Shown here: piece by piece, positions 19,141 through 28,910 of the stretch
Layout: each line of letters opens with the position of its first letter
How positions within the stretch are numbered: the stretch's first letter is position 1
From: an uncultured bacterium
Lineage (GTDB): Bacteria > Babelota > Babeliae > Babelales > JABCYS01
Assembly (NCBI GenBank): GCA_963705705.1
Contig: CAVPKK010000001.1
Span: 39,421-103,420, forward strand
DNA: 64,000 nt
Direction of reading: 5' to 3'
The notes under the pieces: generated by a model
Databases searched by the model: none
Told to the model about the DNA's origin: nothing
What the model saw: the letters and a program-made list of their open reading frames with translations, nothing else
Program-made: the position numbers and the translations under genes

Positions 19141-20436
19141 TTACTTATATTTATTGTAGAGCTTTAAAAGTTTAACCATTTTCTTGCTTTCTTCAAACCG
19201 GGTCAATAAAGCATTCACTTCAGCCGGGGTAGTTCCGGACCCCTTAGCAATCCGCATTTTACGCTGCCCATTGAGTAATTCGGGCCGTAGCCGCTCCTTA
19301 CGGGTCATCGAAGAAATAATGGCCTTGTACCCTTTGAGCTCCTTTTCAACTCTGGCTAACTGCTCATCGCTTACCGATTGCCCCCCGGGCATGTAGCGAG
19401 CCAAGCTACTTATAGGCCCCATGGAATTCAGCATAGTGATCTGCTGGGCAAAATCTTCCAAGGTGATGTGACCTGAATTTATGGTGGCGGCAGCACGGGC
19501 TTTTTCTTCCTCGCGCAAGGCAGTTTCAGCTTTTTCAATCAGGGATAAGATATCCCCCAAGCCGATAATCCGCCGAGCTACGCGGTCGGGGTGAAAGAGC
19601 TCAAGGTCATCAATCTTTTCCCCAGTTCCCATAAAAAGGATGGGTTTTTTGAACTGATGGCGGATTGAAATAGCGGCGCCGGCCTTGGCTGACCCATCCA
19701 TCTTGGTCAATAATACGCCCGTATATCCTACCGACTCAAAGGCTTTTCCAATAGCTAATGATTGTTGGCCAGTCATAGCATCGAGTACTAAAAATTTGTA
19801 TGGATTTTCCAGCATTCCAGCTATTTCTTTTAGTTCATCAAGCAAAGGCTCATCAACATGCAATCGCCCTGCTGTATCAAGAATTAATAGATCATATTTT
19901 TTTGCTTCATATTCATGCTTAATTTCTCGTGCGGCATCAATTGGATTGGTGGAAGCTGTTCGATAAAAATCACAGCTTACTTTGCCGGCTAATTGTTCGA
20001 GCTGGTCAATCGCTGCCGGCCGGTTGAAATCCACGGACGCGAGCAATATACGCTTTACATCCGATTTCATGGCATGAGCCGCAATTTTCCCAGCCATAGT
20101 TGTTTTACCCGCCCCCTGCAAACCAAGTAATAGCACGACTGACGGTGCTTTAAAGGTAAAAGGCTGTTGGTTACCACCCAAAAGCTCAACCAGCTGCTCG
20201 TAAACGATTTTAATAAAATGATCACCAGCTTTTAACCGGGCATGGACTTGTTCATTCATTGCCCTGCTCTTTACCCCAGCTAAGAAGCTTTCGGCAACTT
20301 CATACGGCACATCGGCTTGCAACAGGATATCGAACATCTCAGTGCAAGCGCCTTTGATACTCTCTTCGGTTAGCTTAGATTCGCCGGAGATACGGCTAAA
20401 GAAATTAGATAATGAACGCGATATGGTTTGAAACAT
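19141..20436 (-). CDS. ffh: Signal recognition particle protein
   Basis: GLQGAGKTT, RPAAIDQL, DTAGR, TKMDG, AIISSMT..ER, RIAKGSG; start set at ATG 20436. Confidence 0.95.
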   Translation of the reverse strand: MFQTISRSLSNFFSRISGESKLTEESIKGACTEMFDILLQADVPYEVAESFLAGVKSRAMNEQVHARLKAGDHFIKIVYEQLVELLGGNQQPFTFKAPSVVLLLGLQGAGKTTMAGKIAAHAMKSDVKRILLASVDFNRPAAIDQLEQLAGKVSCDFYRTASTNPIDAAREIKHEYEAKKYDLLILDTAGRLHVDEPLLDELKEIAGMLENPYKFLVLDAMTGQQSLAIGKAFESVGYTGVLLTKMDGSAKAGAAISIRHQFKKPILFMGTGEKIDDLELFHPDRVARRIIGLGDILSLIEKAETALREEEKARAAATINSGHITLEDFAQQITMLNSMGPISSLARYMPGGQSVSDEQLARVEKELKGYKAIISSMTRKERLRPELLNGQRKMRIAKGSGTTPAEVNALLTRFEESKKMVKLLKLYNKYK

Positions 20437-20719
20437 GGTGCAATCCAATGTTAGCGAAGCGAATCGGGAAATTTAGTTCCCAAACCCAGCGACATATAGG
20501 TGATGATAGTCACACAACAATTTAGAAGTAATTATAAGTAATGTAGCAAAGAAAGTCCGGTTAGAGGAGCCTAAATTCTATTAATAACATTCAAGGCGCT
20601 CGGTGTGCCATAAAAGAGCCTATTTCTTTCAATAGGAAAACTATTCAACCTTTAACCTAGCCCTTTTGATAGGAAGTAGGCCATGGTAGCCTATAAAAGC
20701 TTATTTCGGAGGAGCAACA

Positions 20720-21622
20720 ATGAAAAATATCATATTTCTACCATTGGCACTGATACTTGCCTCAACTACATTTGGCACAAATAATACAGCCGATGTTCAA
20801 CCTGATCATGCTGTAGCTTTGCTAAATTCAATACAAGACACGGTTAAACATCTTATTCTGCCACCAGCGCAACGAGTTCAATGCTCACCAGAGCAAGCGG
20901 TTGCCGTTAAAGAGCAGTTACAATCTATAAAATCTTGTTGTGTGTGTTTGGATGGCATGCCGCTTAAAGACCTATTAACAGAATTACCAATTAAGGAATG
21001 GTTCGCACGTGCAAAAACAGCAATGCAAGGGAATCGAGGTTCGTTAATTAAATTAATTAATGATCAGCCCGAAAACCTCTTTAATAATAAGAGCACTGCG
21101 GTAAAACTGTTGCGTGCTTGTCTTGAATCAGTTGGCGATCCAGCATTCCAACAGTTGCTGGTGCAACATATTAAAAGCATTCATCGCCATCTATTGGCAG
21201 TAGCGGAAAAGCATGTTCATGATCTGGCTAATAAGATTAATGTCGATTCGCACGTAGCGAATAAAACATTAGCGCAATTGAAAACTATCGAACCGCACGT
21301 TGAGAGGCTGGTAAAAATCAGCTGCGGCTTAGCGCACAATCATACAGTTCCTTTTTATAACAACCTTGCTTCGGAACTAGCGGCCGATGAAAAAACACAA
21401 TTTCCTAAAAAGCGCGGCATCGCATGCTCATTCAAGCCAATGGCAACGTATGCATTAGTTAAAAACTTTTATGATGAAGCCATAAAACCATGGTGGGTAA
21501 GCGCGAAGGAATTACCTGATGAGGCTGTCGATTTAGATACTATCTGCCTAAAATCCGATTTCTTCATGGCATTGTGTGATGAGCTCATTACGATTTGCGA
21601 TACGAAAATTCAATCAAATTAA
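20720..21622 (+). CDS. Hypothetical secreted protein
   Basis: GGAGGA RBS, signal peptide, 300-aa ORF. Confidence 0.75.
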   Translation: MKNIIFLPLALILASTTFGTNNTADVQPDHAVALLNSIQDTVKHLILPPAQRVQCSPEQAVAVKEQLQSIKSCCVCLDGMPLKDLLTELPIKEWFARAKTAMQGNRGSLIKLINDQPENLFNNKSTAVKLLRACLESVGDPAFQQLLVQHIKSIHRHLLAVAEKHVHDLANKINVDSHVANKTLAQLKTIEPHVERLVKISCGLAHNHTVPFYNNLASELAADEKTQFPKKRGIACSFKPMATYALVKNFYDEAIKPWWVSAKELPDEAVDLDTICLKSDFFMALCDELITICDTKIQSN

Positions 21623-21638
21623 GAATATTAAACAAAAT

Positions 21639-21664
21639 GGGCCTAGTTGATCTAGGCCTTTTTT
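21639..21664 (+). terminator. Intrinsic terminator
   Basis: GGCCTAG-TTGAT-CTAGGCC followed by a T run. Confidence 0.75.
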
Positions 21665-21694
21665 GTTGCCTGGAAAACAAAATTGCCACATCCG

Positions 21695-21739
21695 AGTTGC
21701 GTTGAAAACATAATTTGTTACCCTACTTCGAACTTAATT
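21695..21739 (+). repeat. 45-bp direct repeat copy 1, promoter-like
   Basis: 44/45 identical to 22932-22976; contains TTGCGT-N16-TACCCT with TG extended -10. Confidence 0.8.
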
Positions 21740-21900
21740 TATCTCTTCAGGGAGTTTCCATGACAGGTTAGGTCATGTGCCGGGGCTTTGTGTTTGTGTC
21801 TAAAAGAAACACACTTCTCAATTATTGCTGACACCGTTTGCGACGTGTTGCAATCTTGCTAGGATGCTCATCCATCTAAATTCATATATCTGGAGCCGAC

Positions 21901-22902
21901 ATGCACCGCATCTTATTTTGCTCGATTTTAATGTCATCATTCTGCCCCCCCATGCAAGCGGGCAATGCCAAATTGTCCAAAGGGATAGACCAACCTAAGC
22001 AACGATGTATTGCGCATCATGCGATAAAAAACTTGGTAATCAATCCTTCCTTTATCAAAGTTGTTAATGCATTCGAAAACTTGATCAACAAAACCGGCAT
22101 TCTAATTTTAGATCAAGTCTCCTTAACTAAGGAGGAGGCTGAATACTTAAAAACATTTTTTAGCGCCCTGGCAATGGACTTTTCAACATCTGGACAATTC
22201 CCAACTTTTAAAGGGATTATCGATACATTTGATAAAGTGTGTGATACTACGTGGTGCGATAGAACCATGCTGAAAATCAAAATAGGCGATGCATTTATCC
22301 GGGTTTTACTCTTTCCAGAATTCCAAACAGAATTAACCAAGGTAGTTGGAATTTTGGCGGATGCGGCTGACGATCTGCCGTCGCCTAAGATTCCATCGAA
22401 AAGAAAAATTTCAGTTTTTAGTGATATTGAAGAAGTTCTCAGACAATTGCACGTTTGCAAACCAAGACTTGCAAATTGGGTAAAATATGGATGCGAAATT
22501 TCACACAATATGATTCTTGACCAAATAAACGGTCTGGCTAGCTGCTATACCGCTTTTGCGAATAGAATGACATACCCTATGTGGGGTGCTCCTACTGAAT
22601 ATTATAAAATTAGATCACTCGAACAACCAATATGCCTTTCAGCGGAATCTCTCAAAGTTCATAATGAAGTTATTGAGTTCAGCGCGCTCAGTTTTCCGTC
22701 ATTAAAAAACGCAAAGCATGACGTAGATATCAAACATCTAAAGGAAGAAATTTTACTTCTAATTAATGCTTTTCAAGCTGCAGGCATTAAAACAGTGCCG
22801 GCAATAATCGAACGTTGGATCAAAACAATTGAGGAAAAAGCTATTTTGACCGAAGAAAACGATCCTTATGATTTAAGATGCTTTTTATTTCAAGTTTCAT
22901 AA
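21901..22902 (+). CDS. Hypothetical secreted protein
   Basis: GGAG RBS, signal-like N-terminus, 333 aa. Confidence 0.72.
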   Translation: MHRILFCSILMSSFCPPMQAGNAKLSKGIDQPKQRCIAHHAIKNLVINPSFIKVVNAFENLINKTGILILDQVSLTKEEAEYLKTFFSALAMDFSTSGQFPTFKGIIDTFDKVCDTTWCDRTMLKIKIGDAFIRVLLFPEFQTELTKVVGILADAADDLPSPKIPSKRKISVFSDIEEVLRQLHVCKPRLANWVKYGCEISHNMILDQINGLASCYTAFANRMTYPMWGAPTEYYKIRSLEQPICLSAESLKVHNEVIEFSALSFPSLKNAKHDVDIKHLKEEILLLINAFQAAGIKTVPAIIERWIKTIEEKAILTEENDPYDLRCFLFQVS

Positions 22903-22931
22903 GTAAAACGTTGCTCCTGCGCCATTTTCTC

Positions 22932-22976
22932 AGTTGCGTTGAATACATAATTTGTTACCCTACTTCGAACTTAATT
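22932..22976 (+). promoter_or_regulatory. 45-bp direct repeat copy 2, probable promoter of the lipoprotein gene
   Basis: Same sequence as 21695-21739, ending 22 bp before ATG 22999. Confidence 0.6.
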
Positions 22977-22998
22977 CATATTTCTAGGAATAAACACC

Positions 22999-23634
22999 AT
23001 GATTAAACTCCGCTCACTTTTGGCGATAAGCATCCTTTCCCTTCTGGGCCTTTCCGGCTGCGCTCGATACAAGGCGAAGCCGCTAAATAAATTATTTACC
23101 AACACGAGCAAACAGCATACGCATCAGTGCATTTGCTTTAATCATTACGCCTTTACGCGTTCAGATTGCAAAACACATCTTGATCGCAATGTGATTGCCG
23201 AAGGTTACCAACCGGTACAAATTGAAATCACAAATAATTCAAACCATAGCCTACGCCTGTCGGCTGATTCATTCCCATTCCCAATTGCATCGCCTGAAAC
23301 CATTGCGCGACTCGTTCACACCGATACAGTCGGCCGCTCGGTAGGATATGGTGTGCTTGGCTTCTTTATGTGGCCGTTTATCATCCCTGCAATCGTTGAT
23401 GGTATTGGTTCTGCAGAAGCTAACGAAGCGCTTGATGACGACTTTGCACAAAAAAGCCTACGTGCTTCTCATATTATTCAGCCGAATAGCTCAGTGAACG
23501 GCCTTATCTTTGTGCCAGTCAATGAGTTTTATGAAGACTTCAGCTTCACGCTTGTAGATACCGAGAACAATAAGAAATATGTGTTGTCGGCGGCTAAGCC
23601 AAAAGTTATGGTCGTTAGCCACATAGTTGGATAA
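22999..23634 (+). CDS. Putative lipoprotein
   Basis: Lipobox LLGLSG-C after a basic/hydrophobic leader; internal hydrophobic segment. Confidence 0.78.
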   Translation: MIKLRSLLAISILSLLGLSGCARYKAKPLNKLFTNTSKQHTHQCICFNHYAFTRSDCKTHLDRNVIAEGYQPVQIEITNNSNHSLRLSADSFPFPIASPETIARLVHTDTVGRSVGYGVLGFFMWPFIIPAIVDGIGSAEANEALDDDFAQKSLRASHIIQPNSSVNGLIFVPVNEFYEDFSFTLVDTENNKKYVLSAAKPKVMVVSHIVG

Positions 23635-23654
23635 CCTTTTTTTAGAATATTTTT

Positions 23655-23688
23655 AAAAGGTCCCTGGTTTATACCGGGGACCTTTTTT
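23655..23688 (+). terminator. Intrinsic terminator
   Basis: AAAAGGTCCCTGGT-TTA-TACCGGGGACCTTTTTT. Confidence 0.78.
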
Positions 23689-23795
23689 GTTGCAAAAGGA
23701 AATGTACAAATCCAGCTATAGTACGAGCTATTGCGCGCCTAAAAAGTTGTGTTAGGCTCAGCGACCTCATAGCATTACATAACTGGACTTTTTAT

Positions 23796-24701
23796 ATGCA
23801 ACGTACATTTATCAGAACCCTTCTTGCAACATTACTCATATGCCCGTTCCTTTTAACGCAGCAAATCGAAGATATGCCATCCCCACATGATGATATTTGG
23901 CGGGATGAAGAACACTGTTATGACCCTGAACCACAAAGCACCGCCACGCCGCAATATTGGAGTCATGATAAGCGCGAATTAATGGCGGAAAAGATCAGAA
24001 TCGCTATCAAGGATCACCCTATTGAATGTGCTGAAATTAAAGCAATTATCTATGATCTCATTGCAGTATGGGCAAAAACAATTTCTCAATATATAGATCT
24101 AACACCACAAGAAGCGGCGCGAGCAAAAGAATATTGCATCAAATTAAAGACGGAACTTTCCGTGAGCAGTGAGACGGCTTGCTCAATTTTTTCTGAGATT
24201 AGCCCACAAACTGAAGAGTTATTTCCGGGTAAAAACAATAGTCGTTGCAATGCGCTCCGCGATGCTTGGAAAGAAATTGTCTTAGATCAAGCATTTAGGC
24301 ACTATGTAATTGAACAGTTAGATAAACTAATCCCTGCATACATCGCCTTGCTAAGGGATGTTCATTTTAAGGATCCACAATTACAGGAAGCAATTCAGGC
24401 ATATCGAGCCAATCTACAATTCTCTAATGATCATCTTGATGCGGTAATTTGTTGCGCGTGCACCATGTTCTATGCCTTGTTTGAATTCGGTCCGTTCGAC
24501 AACAGGCTTGGAAGACTTTTGGAAGTCTTGGTGCAGAAAGATATTGAACATGCAGCCAAGCATTTACTGGATGATGGCGCCATAGACTTTTTAAGGGATG
24601 CAATACCAAATGAGTTGAACGCTTGGCAGCAATCGTTAAATCACGTAATTCTTGATCAGGCAATCGAAACCTTTGATAGAAAAAGCAGAGCTGACGAATA
24701 G
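23796..24701 (+). CDS. Hypothetical secreted protein
   Basis: 301-aa ORF with hydrophobic N-terminus. Confidence 0.7.
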   Translation: MQRTFIRTLLATLLICPFLLTQQIEDMPSPHDDIWRDEEHCYDPEPQSTATPQYWSHDKRELMAEKIRIAIKDHPIECAEIKAIIYDLIAVWAKTISQYIDLTPQEAARAKEYCIKLKTELSVSSETACSIFSEISPQTEELFPGKNNSRCNALRDAWKEIVLDQAFRHYVIEQLDKLIPAYIALLRDVHFKDPQLQEAIQAYRANLQFSNDHLDAVICCACTMFYALFEFGPFDNRLGRLLEVLVQKDIEHAAKHLLDDGAIDFLRDAIPNELNAWQQSLNHVILDQAIETFDRKSRADE

Positions 24702-24738
24702 CAGCCGAACTGACTCGACCGTGGTAATAGGGATATAG

Positions 24739-25656
24739 ATGAAACAGACCTCACGAATATTATTAATACTTTCTATCACAATCATTATCGCGCCGAAAAT
24801 AAGTGCTGATTCACTTTCGACCCGCGCACATAGTTGGGTAAATCAAGGTGCGCTCAACATTAAAAACGGGACTGTCCAGGCCTGGGATAACACAGTCAAT
24901 AGTATCAAGGGCAGCTGGTACTGGTTAGTAAGTGGTGATAATCGACTTGCGCAAATGAATGAATGCATTGAGGCGGTAAAGGGGAAACTAGAAACGCTGG
25001 ATGAGAATGATCGAGCGTTTCAGGAGATGACAAACGATTTAATTAGTTTGCAACATTCGCATAAAGAATTTTTAAATGACCGCAAAGCAGTAATGGTGGC
25101 ATGTGGCCTGCTCCTCACCCCAGTGGGCTGCTTGGCATGGCTTGCTGCGCGCATAGCTAAGACAAATTACACATATCGATACGCAAAACAAAATAATAAT
25201 CGCCAACGTGATGACCAATTAACAGCGCTGGACCAGCTGGAGCGCGATGCTCGAAAAGTGGGCCAAGAACTACCAAGAATCGCACAGCAGGTTCCAAATC
25301 TTCTTGAAAATGCGGGATTACCAAAGGATGTTATTCAACACATCATCATGCCGTATTTTGATGCCGATTTTGAAATCAAGCAGCACGTTACTCGACTCAG
25401 TCGCGAAATTAGTGAGATCGATGATCAACGATGTCAGGTTGCGCAAGCTCATGCTCATAAGCAACAAAAATTTGATTTGGAGAGAGATATCGCACATATA
25501 CGCACTCGTGGGTATGCGCGTATAATGCTCGATGTATGGAAAGAATATGGCGACTGTTTTGTAAATGCCGCTAAAGATATTGCTGCAGAGGGAGAAAAAC
25601 ACTCTGACCATCATTATAACACCTTCATGAATACCTATGAGCGCATAGCAAAATAA
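24739..25656 (+). CDS. Hypothetical secreted or membrane protein with coiled coils
   Basis: Signal peptide, internal TM-like segment, LPKDVIQHIIMPY motif. Confidence 0.7.
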   Translation: MKQTSRILLILSITIIIAPKISADSLSTRAHSWVNQGALNIKNGTVQAWDNTVNSIKGSWYWLVSGDNRLAQMNECIEAVKGKLETLDENDRAFQEMTNDLISLQHSHKEFLNDRKAVMVACGLLLTPVGCLAWLAARIAKTNYTYRYAKQNNNRQRDDQLTALDQLERDARKVGQELPRIAQQVPNLLENAGLPKDVIQHIIMPYFDADFEIKQHVTRLSREISEIDDQRCQVAQAHAHKQQKFDLERDIAHIRTRGYARIMLDVWKEYGDCFVNAAKDIAAEGEKHSDHHYNTFMNTYERIAK

Positions 25657-25700
25657 GATTGTGAAACGGTGTCCATTAATACTTACAACAAGGAAACACA

Positions 25701-26618
25701 ATGAATATTAAATTTTTAACTCTCATGTTCGTTGCATTGGTAATAAATCCAATCATGGCAAATGATTGCATACCTTCACAGCCAATGCGTCACGAAATTG
25801 TACTATATCGCGCTGCCCATTCTTCAGCTAGCCTGCCTGATGATTTGGTTGAGGCCATGGCTCATGCCGTTAATGGAAAAAATTCGCGCGCAGAACTGCT
25901 AAAAGGTGTAGTCTGTTTATCCCAAAGCATTGGCAAACTATCACAAGCAATAGCAAAAAATATTAAATATCCAGTGGATAAATATAGGCAATTATTGCAT
26001 CTATTGACCACGAGCACAGCCTATTTCAAAGCGCTGGCAAAAACCAAAGAAGAGGCATGCGCAGATTGCTATTATAGTGCTAATGGTATTAGTGAAGAAG
26101 AGCTTGGTTCTTTTACAGAAGAGTTTTTTGCTGCGATCAGAAATGCGCTTACCAAGGTGGTTGATAAAAAACAGCTACCGGAAGGTTTCATATCCGGTCT
26201 TCGGCAAGCCTCGGTTCATTTCGAAAAAGTTTTACAGATAAGCAATGCTGACATGGATATTAAATGGGGAAATCAGCTAAATTCATTGCGCGCAAACTTT
26301 CATGCTCTTTTCCAGTTACCAAATCCCGAAGAGCAGTTATCAGCTGGCTTAAAAGTATTCACGTGCAATCTCGTACGTTCCATTGAAGAATATGAGCATT
26401 TTCCCTTGGCCTGGGCGCAAGCAGTCGATGCATATTTCTCCTTAATGCAAGCAATAAATCGCGCTGATGATTTAGAACTATTATCTCCAGAGGCCAAAGC
26501 ATTTTGGGAAACCAACCAAGATTCATATATTTACAAGCCATTGATTGCTGCGCTGGATTCTATGATTGCTGTTTTAAAAGAGACTAAGCAAGCTCCCGAC
26601 AACAACAACTTATCCTAA
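25701..26618 (+). CDS. Hypothetical secreted protein
   Basis: AAGGA RBS, signal MNIKFLTLMFVALVINPIMA. Confidence 0.72.
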   Translation: MNIKFLTLMFVALVINPIMANDCIPSQPMRHEIVLYRAAHSSASLPDDLVEAMAHAVNGKNSRAELLKGVVCLSQSIGKLSQAIAKNIKYPVDKYRQLLHLLTTSTAYFKALAKTKEEACADCYYSANGISEEELGSFTEEFFAAIRNALTKVVDKKQLPEGFISGLRQASVHFEKVLQISNADMDIKWGNQLNSLRANFHALFQLPNPEEQLSAGLKVFTCNLVRSIEEYEHFPLAWAQAVDAYFSLMQAINRADDLELLSPEAKAFWETNQDSYIYKPLIAALDSMIAVLKETKQAPDNNNLS

Positions 26619-26637
26619 TTAAGAACCAGGGATTTTC

Positions 26638-26784
26638 ATGAATATTAAATTTGTTGCCCTTATTTTTTTCGGACTGGCTGCCGTGTTAATTATTAAACAA
26701 AAAGCACGAAGAGATATCACACAAGACGAACTAATGGAAGATAACGCGCGAGCTACCCATTTATTTTTAGCGCGACAAAAATAA
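26638..26784 (+). CDS. Small 48-aa single-TM protein (below ORF-track cutoff)
   Basis: AGGGA RBS; MNIKFVALIFFGLAAVLIIKQKARR...ARQK*; fills the gap between co-oriented genes. Confidence 0.5.
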   Translation: MNIKFVALIFFGLAAVLIIKQKARRDITQDELMEDNARATHLFLARQK

Positions 26785-26798
26785 TTTAGGAACTTGTT

Positions 26799-27725
26799 AT
26801 GAATTTAAATCGCATATTTTTAGCTATCTCTCTTTTAATTCCAATATTTAACCAGATCTGCAACGCCCAAAGCCATACGGTAGTACCACTGCCCATTGTT
26901 CGGGCACTTTCTGCCGCTGAAGATTTCGCGAAAGCCATCTCGCCTTGGTCGATGGTAAATGAAGAACAGCGCTATTTCATGGGCACTTTTTACACTCATC
27001 GATCAGCATTGTCCCATTTTGGCGAAGAAGAATTGCAAGCGTGGGCATCAAAAAATGCTGATGAACTTAATGCAATTGCCAAATCCAAAGGCTTTGACAT
27101 TCAACTTGCGCCATTTGTAGACGAAGAGGATTTTGGCGTTTTATCTATCCTGGATATTACGCTTTCATGGATTGAAAAAGGTGATAAAACCAAAATATCG
27201 TATAACAATCAAACATATCCTGCTGTAAAACTGGTTGCACGAACACGAGCTAACTTGGTATCGGAGGATCGCATTATTGCCGAAATCCCAACCAATGGTC
27301 CGGATATCGTGTTCATGACAATAGCTGATGAACCACTCGAAGGCTTCGCATTAGTTGAAAAAATATCACAATTACAGAAAAGATTGCGGCACGCATATTG
27401 CTGGTTTAGCGATATTATTTTCCCCATGGTGCATCTCAACCAGAAAGAGAATATTGGCTGGCTTCTGGGAATGGGCTTTCATAGCGCTGCAATGCCATAT
27501 CATATTGCACAAGCACTACAGCAAACCAAGTTGGCAATGGATGAAAATGGCGCCCACGTTGAAAGCGCGGTTATGATCGGCATAGTGGCAACGTCTGTTG
27601 GGTTCGAAGAAGAAAGAAAGCCTATCGTCATTGATAAGCCGTTCTATATGTGGATCGAACGCAAGGGATGCCCGATTCCAATACTCTACGGCTATATCGA
27701 CGTTTGCGACTGGAAATCGAAGTAG
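26799..27725 (+). CDS. Secreted serpin-like protein (short, divergent)
   Basis: C-terminal IAQALQQTKLAMDENGAHVESAV...IVIDKPFYMWIER...ILYGYI parallels serpin s5A-hinge-RCL-s1C-s4B-s5B (V.E.GTEAAA...F.ADRPF.F.I....LF.G). Confidence 0.7.
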   Translation: MNLNRIFLAISLLIPIFNQICNAQSHTVVPLPIVRALSAAEDFAKAISPWSMVNEEQRYFMGTFYTHRSALSHFGEEELQAWASKNADELNAIAKSKGFDIQLAPFVDEEDFGVLSILDITLSWIEKGDKTKISYNNQTYPAVKLVARTRANLVSEDRIIAEIPTNGPDIVFMTIADEPLEGFALVEKISQLQKRLRHAYCWFSDIIFPMVHLNQKENIGWLLGMGFHSAAMPYHIAQALQQTKLAMDENGAHVESAVMIGIVATSVGFEEERKPIVIDKPFYMWIERKGCPIPILYGYIDVCDWKSK

Positions 27726-27811
27726 CCTGCCAAGCCTGTACCTAACTACAAGCCGGCGGCTTTTTTTACTGCTATACTATGTGTCTCAACCTAATTAGGA
27801 TTTATTAACGA

Positions 27812-28909
27812 ATGGCACATAAGAAATTTTACGAACCGCAATTGCCGAAGGTAATGATCATCGGCGTGCATGCTCCCTATAACCAAACCAAGAATATCGA
27901 GTCTTATTTCGCTGAGTTTTTGAACCTCATCAAAGCCAATGGCGTCACCTACGAAGACGCCCAGTTCATTCGGCTACGCGAAATCGATAATGCCACCTTC
28001 TTCACCAAGGGAAAGCTTGAAGAGCTCATCACTATCTGCAAAGAAAAGAATATTGACCATGTGGTAGTCTCCGAGCCCCTTACATCGGTCCAGGAACGAA
28101 ATATTACCGACCTTTTAAATGCCAAGGTGTTTGATCGCACTGCCTTAATTTTGGATATTTTCGAAAAACAGGCGAATACCATAGAAGGTAAAACCCAGGT
28201 TGCCATTGCCATGCTGCAGTACAAAAAAACTCGCATGTCGGGCAAGGGGGTCTATATGTCTCAACAGTCTGGGTTTATAGGTGGCCGCGGCTTGGGTGAA
28301 ACGGCTAAGGAACGGGAAACGCGGCATATTGAAACTCAGGTCCATAAGCTCCGCCAAGAGCTCGAGCATCAGCAGGAAATTCGCAAGACACAGCGCAAAC
28401 GCCGTCTTGCTACCGGCATCCCACTTTTGTGCCTGGTTGGCTACACCAATGTTGGGAAATCAACCATATTGAACCAGCTTACCAAGGCAGGTGTGCTCGC
28501 TGAAAATAAACTATTTGCCACGCTGGAAACCACCACCCGAGAGCTGTATATCGATCACAATAAAAAAGGGGTGCTCATAGATACAGTTGGCTTTATCCAA
28601 TTCTTGCCACCCCAACTGATTGATGCTTTCAAATCAACATTAAGCGAATTGCAATTTGCCGATCTATTATTGCATGTGGTTGACCTATCAGACCGAAATT
28701 GGGAATCGCACATCGAAACGGTGTTACGCATTTTGTCTGAATTAGGTGTTGAAAAAGAGATGCTGTATGTATTTAATAAGATTGATATGGTCGATAACGT
28801 GAAATCGATTACCGAACTTCATAAATATTTACCGCATGTCTTGGTTTCCGCTTCTTCTAAGGAAGGTCTCAAGCCACTAGTTCAATTCTTGGTCAAATGG
28901 CAAAAATAG
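27812..28909 (+). CDS. hflX: GTPase HflX
   Basis: DRTALILDIF, EGKTQV, GYTNVGKS, LFATLE, DTVGFI, NKID. Confidence 0.95.
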   Translation: MAHKKFYEPQLPKVMIIGVHAPYNQTKNIESYFAEFLNLIKANGVTYEDAQFIRLREIDNATFFTKGKLEELITICKEKNIDHVVVSEPLTSVQERNITDLLNAKVFDRTALILDIFEKQANTIEGKTQVAIAMLQYKKTRMSGKGVYMSQQSGFIGGRGLGETAKERETRHIETQVHKLRQELEHQQEIRKTQRKRRLATGIPLLCLVGYTNVGKSTILNQLTKAGVLAENKLFATLETTTRELYIDHNKKGVLIDTVGFIQFLPPQLIDAFKSTLSELQFADLLLHVVDLSDRNWESHIETVLRILSELGVEKEMLYVFNKIDMVDNVKSITELHKYLPHVLVSASSKEGLKPLVQFLVKWQK

Positions 28910-28910
28910 T

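Noticed and set aside
20449..20719. SRP RNA (ffs) upstream of ffh
   Set aside because: No helix-8 CAGG..GNRA..AGCAG motif found; region looks like divergent promoters
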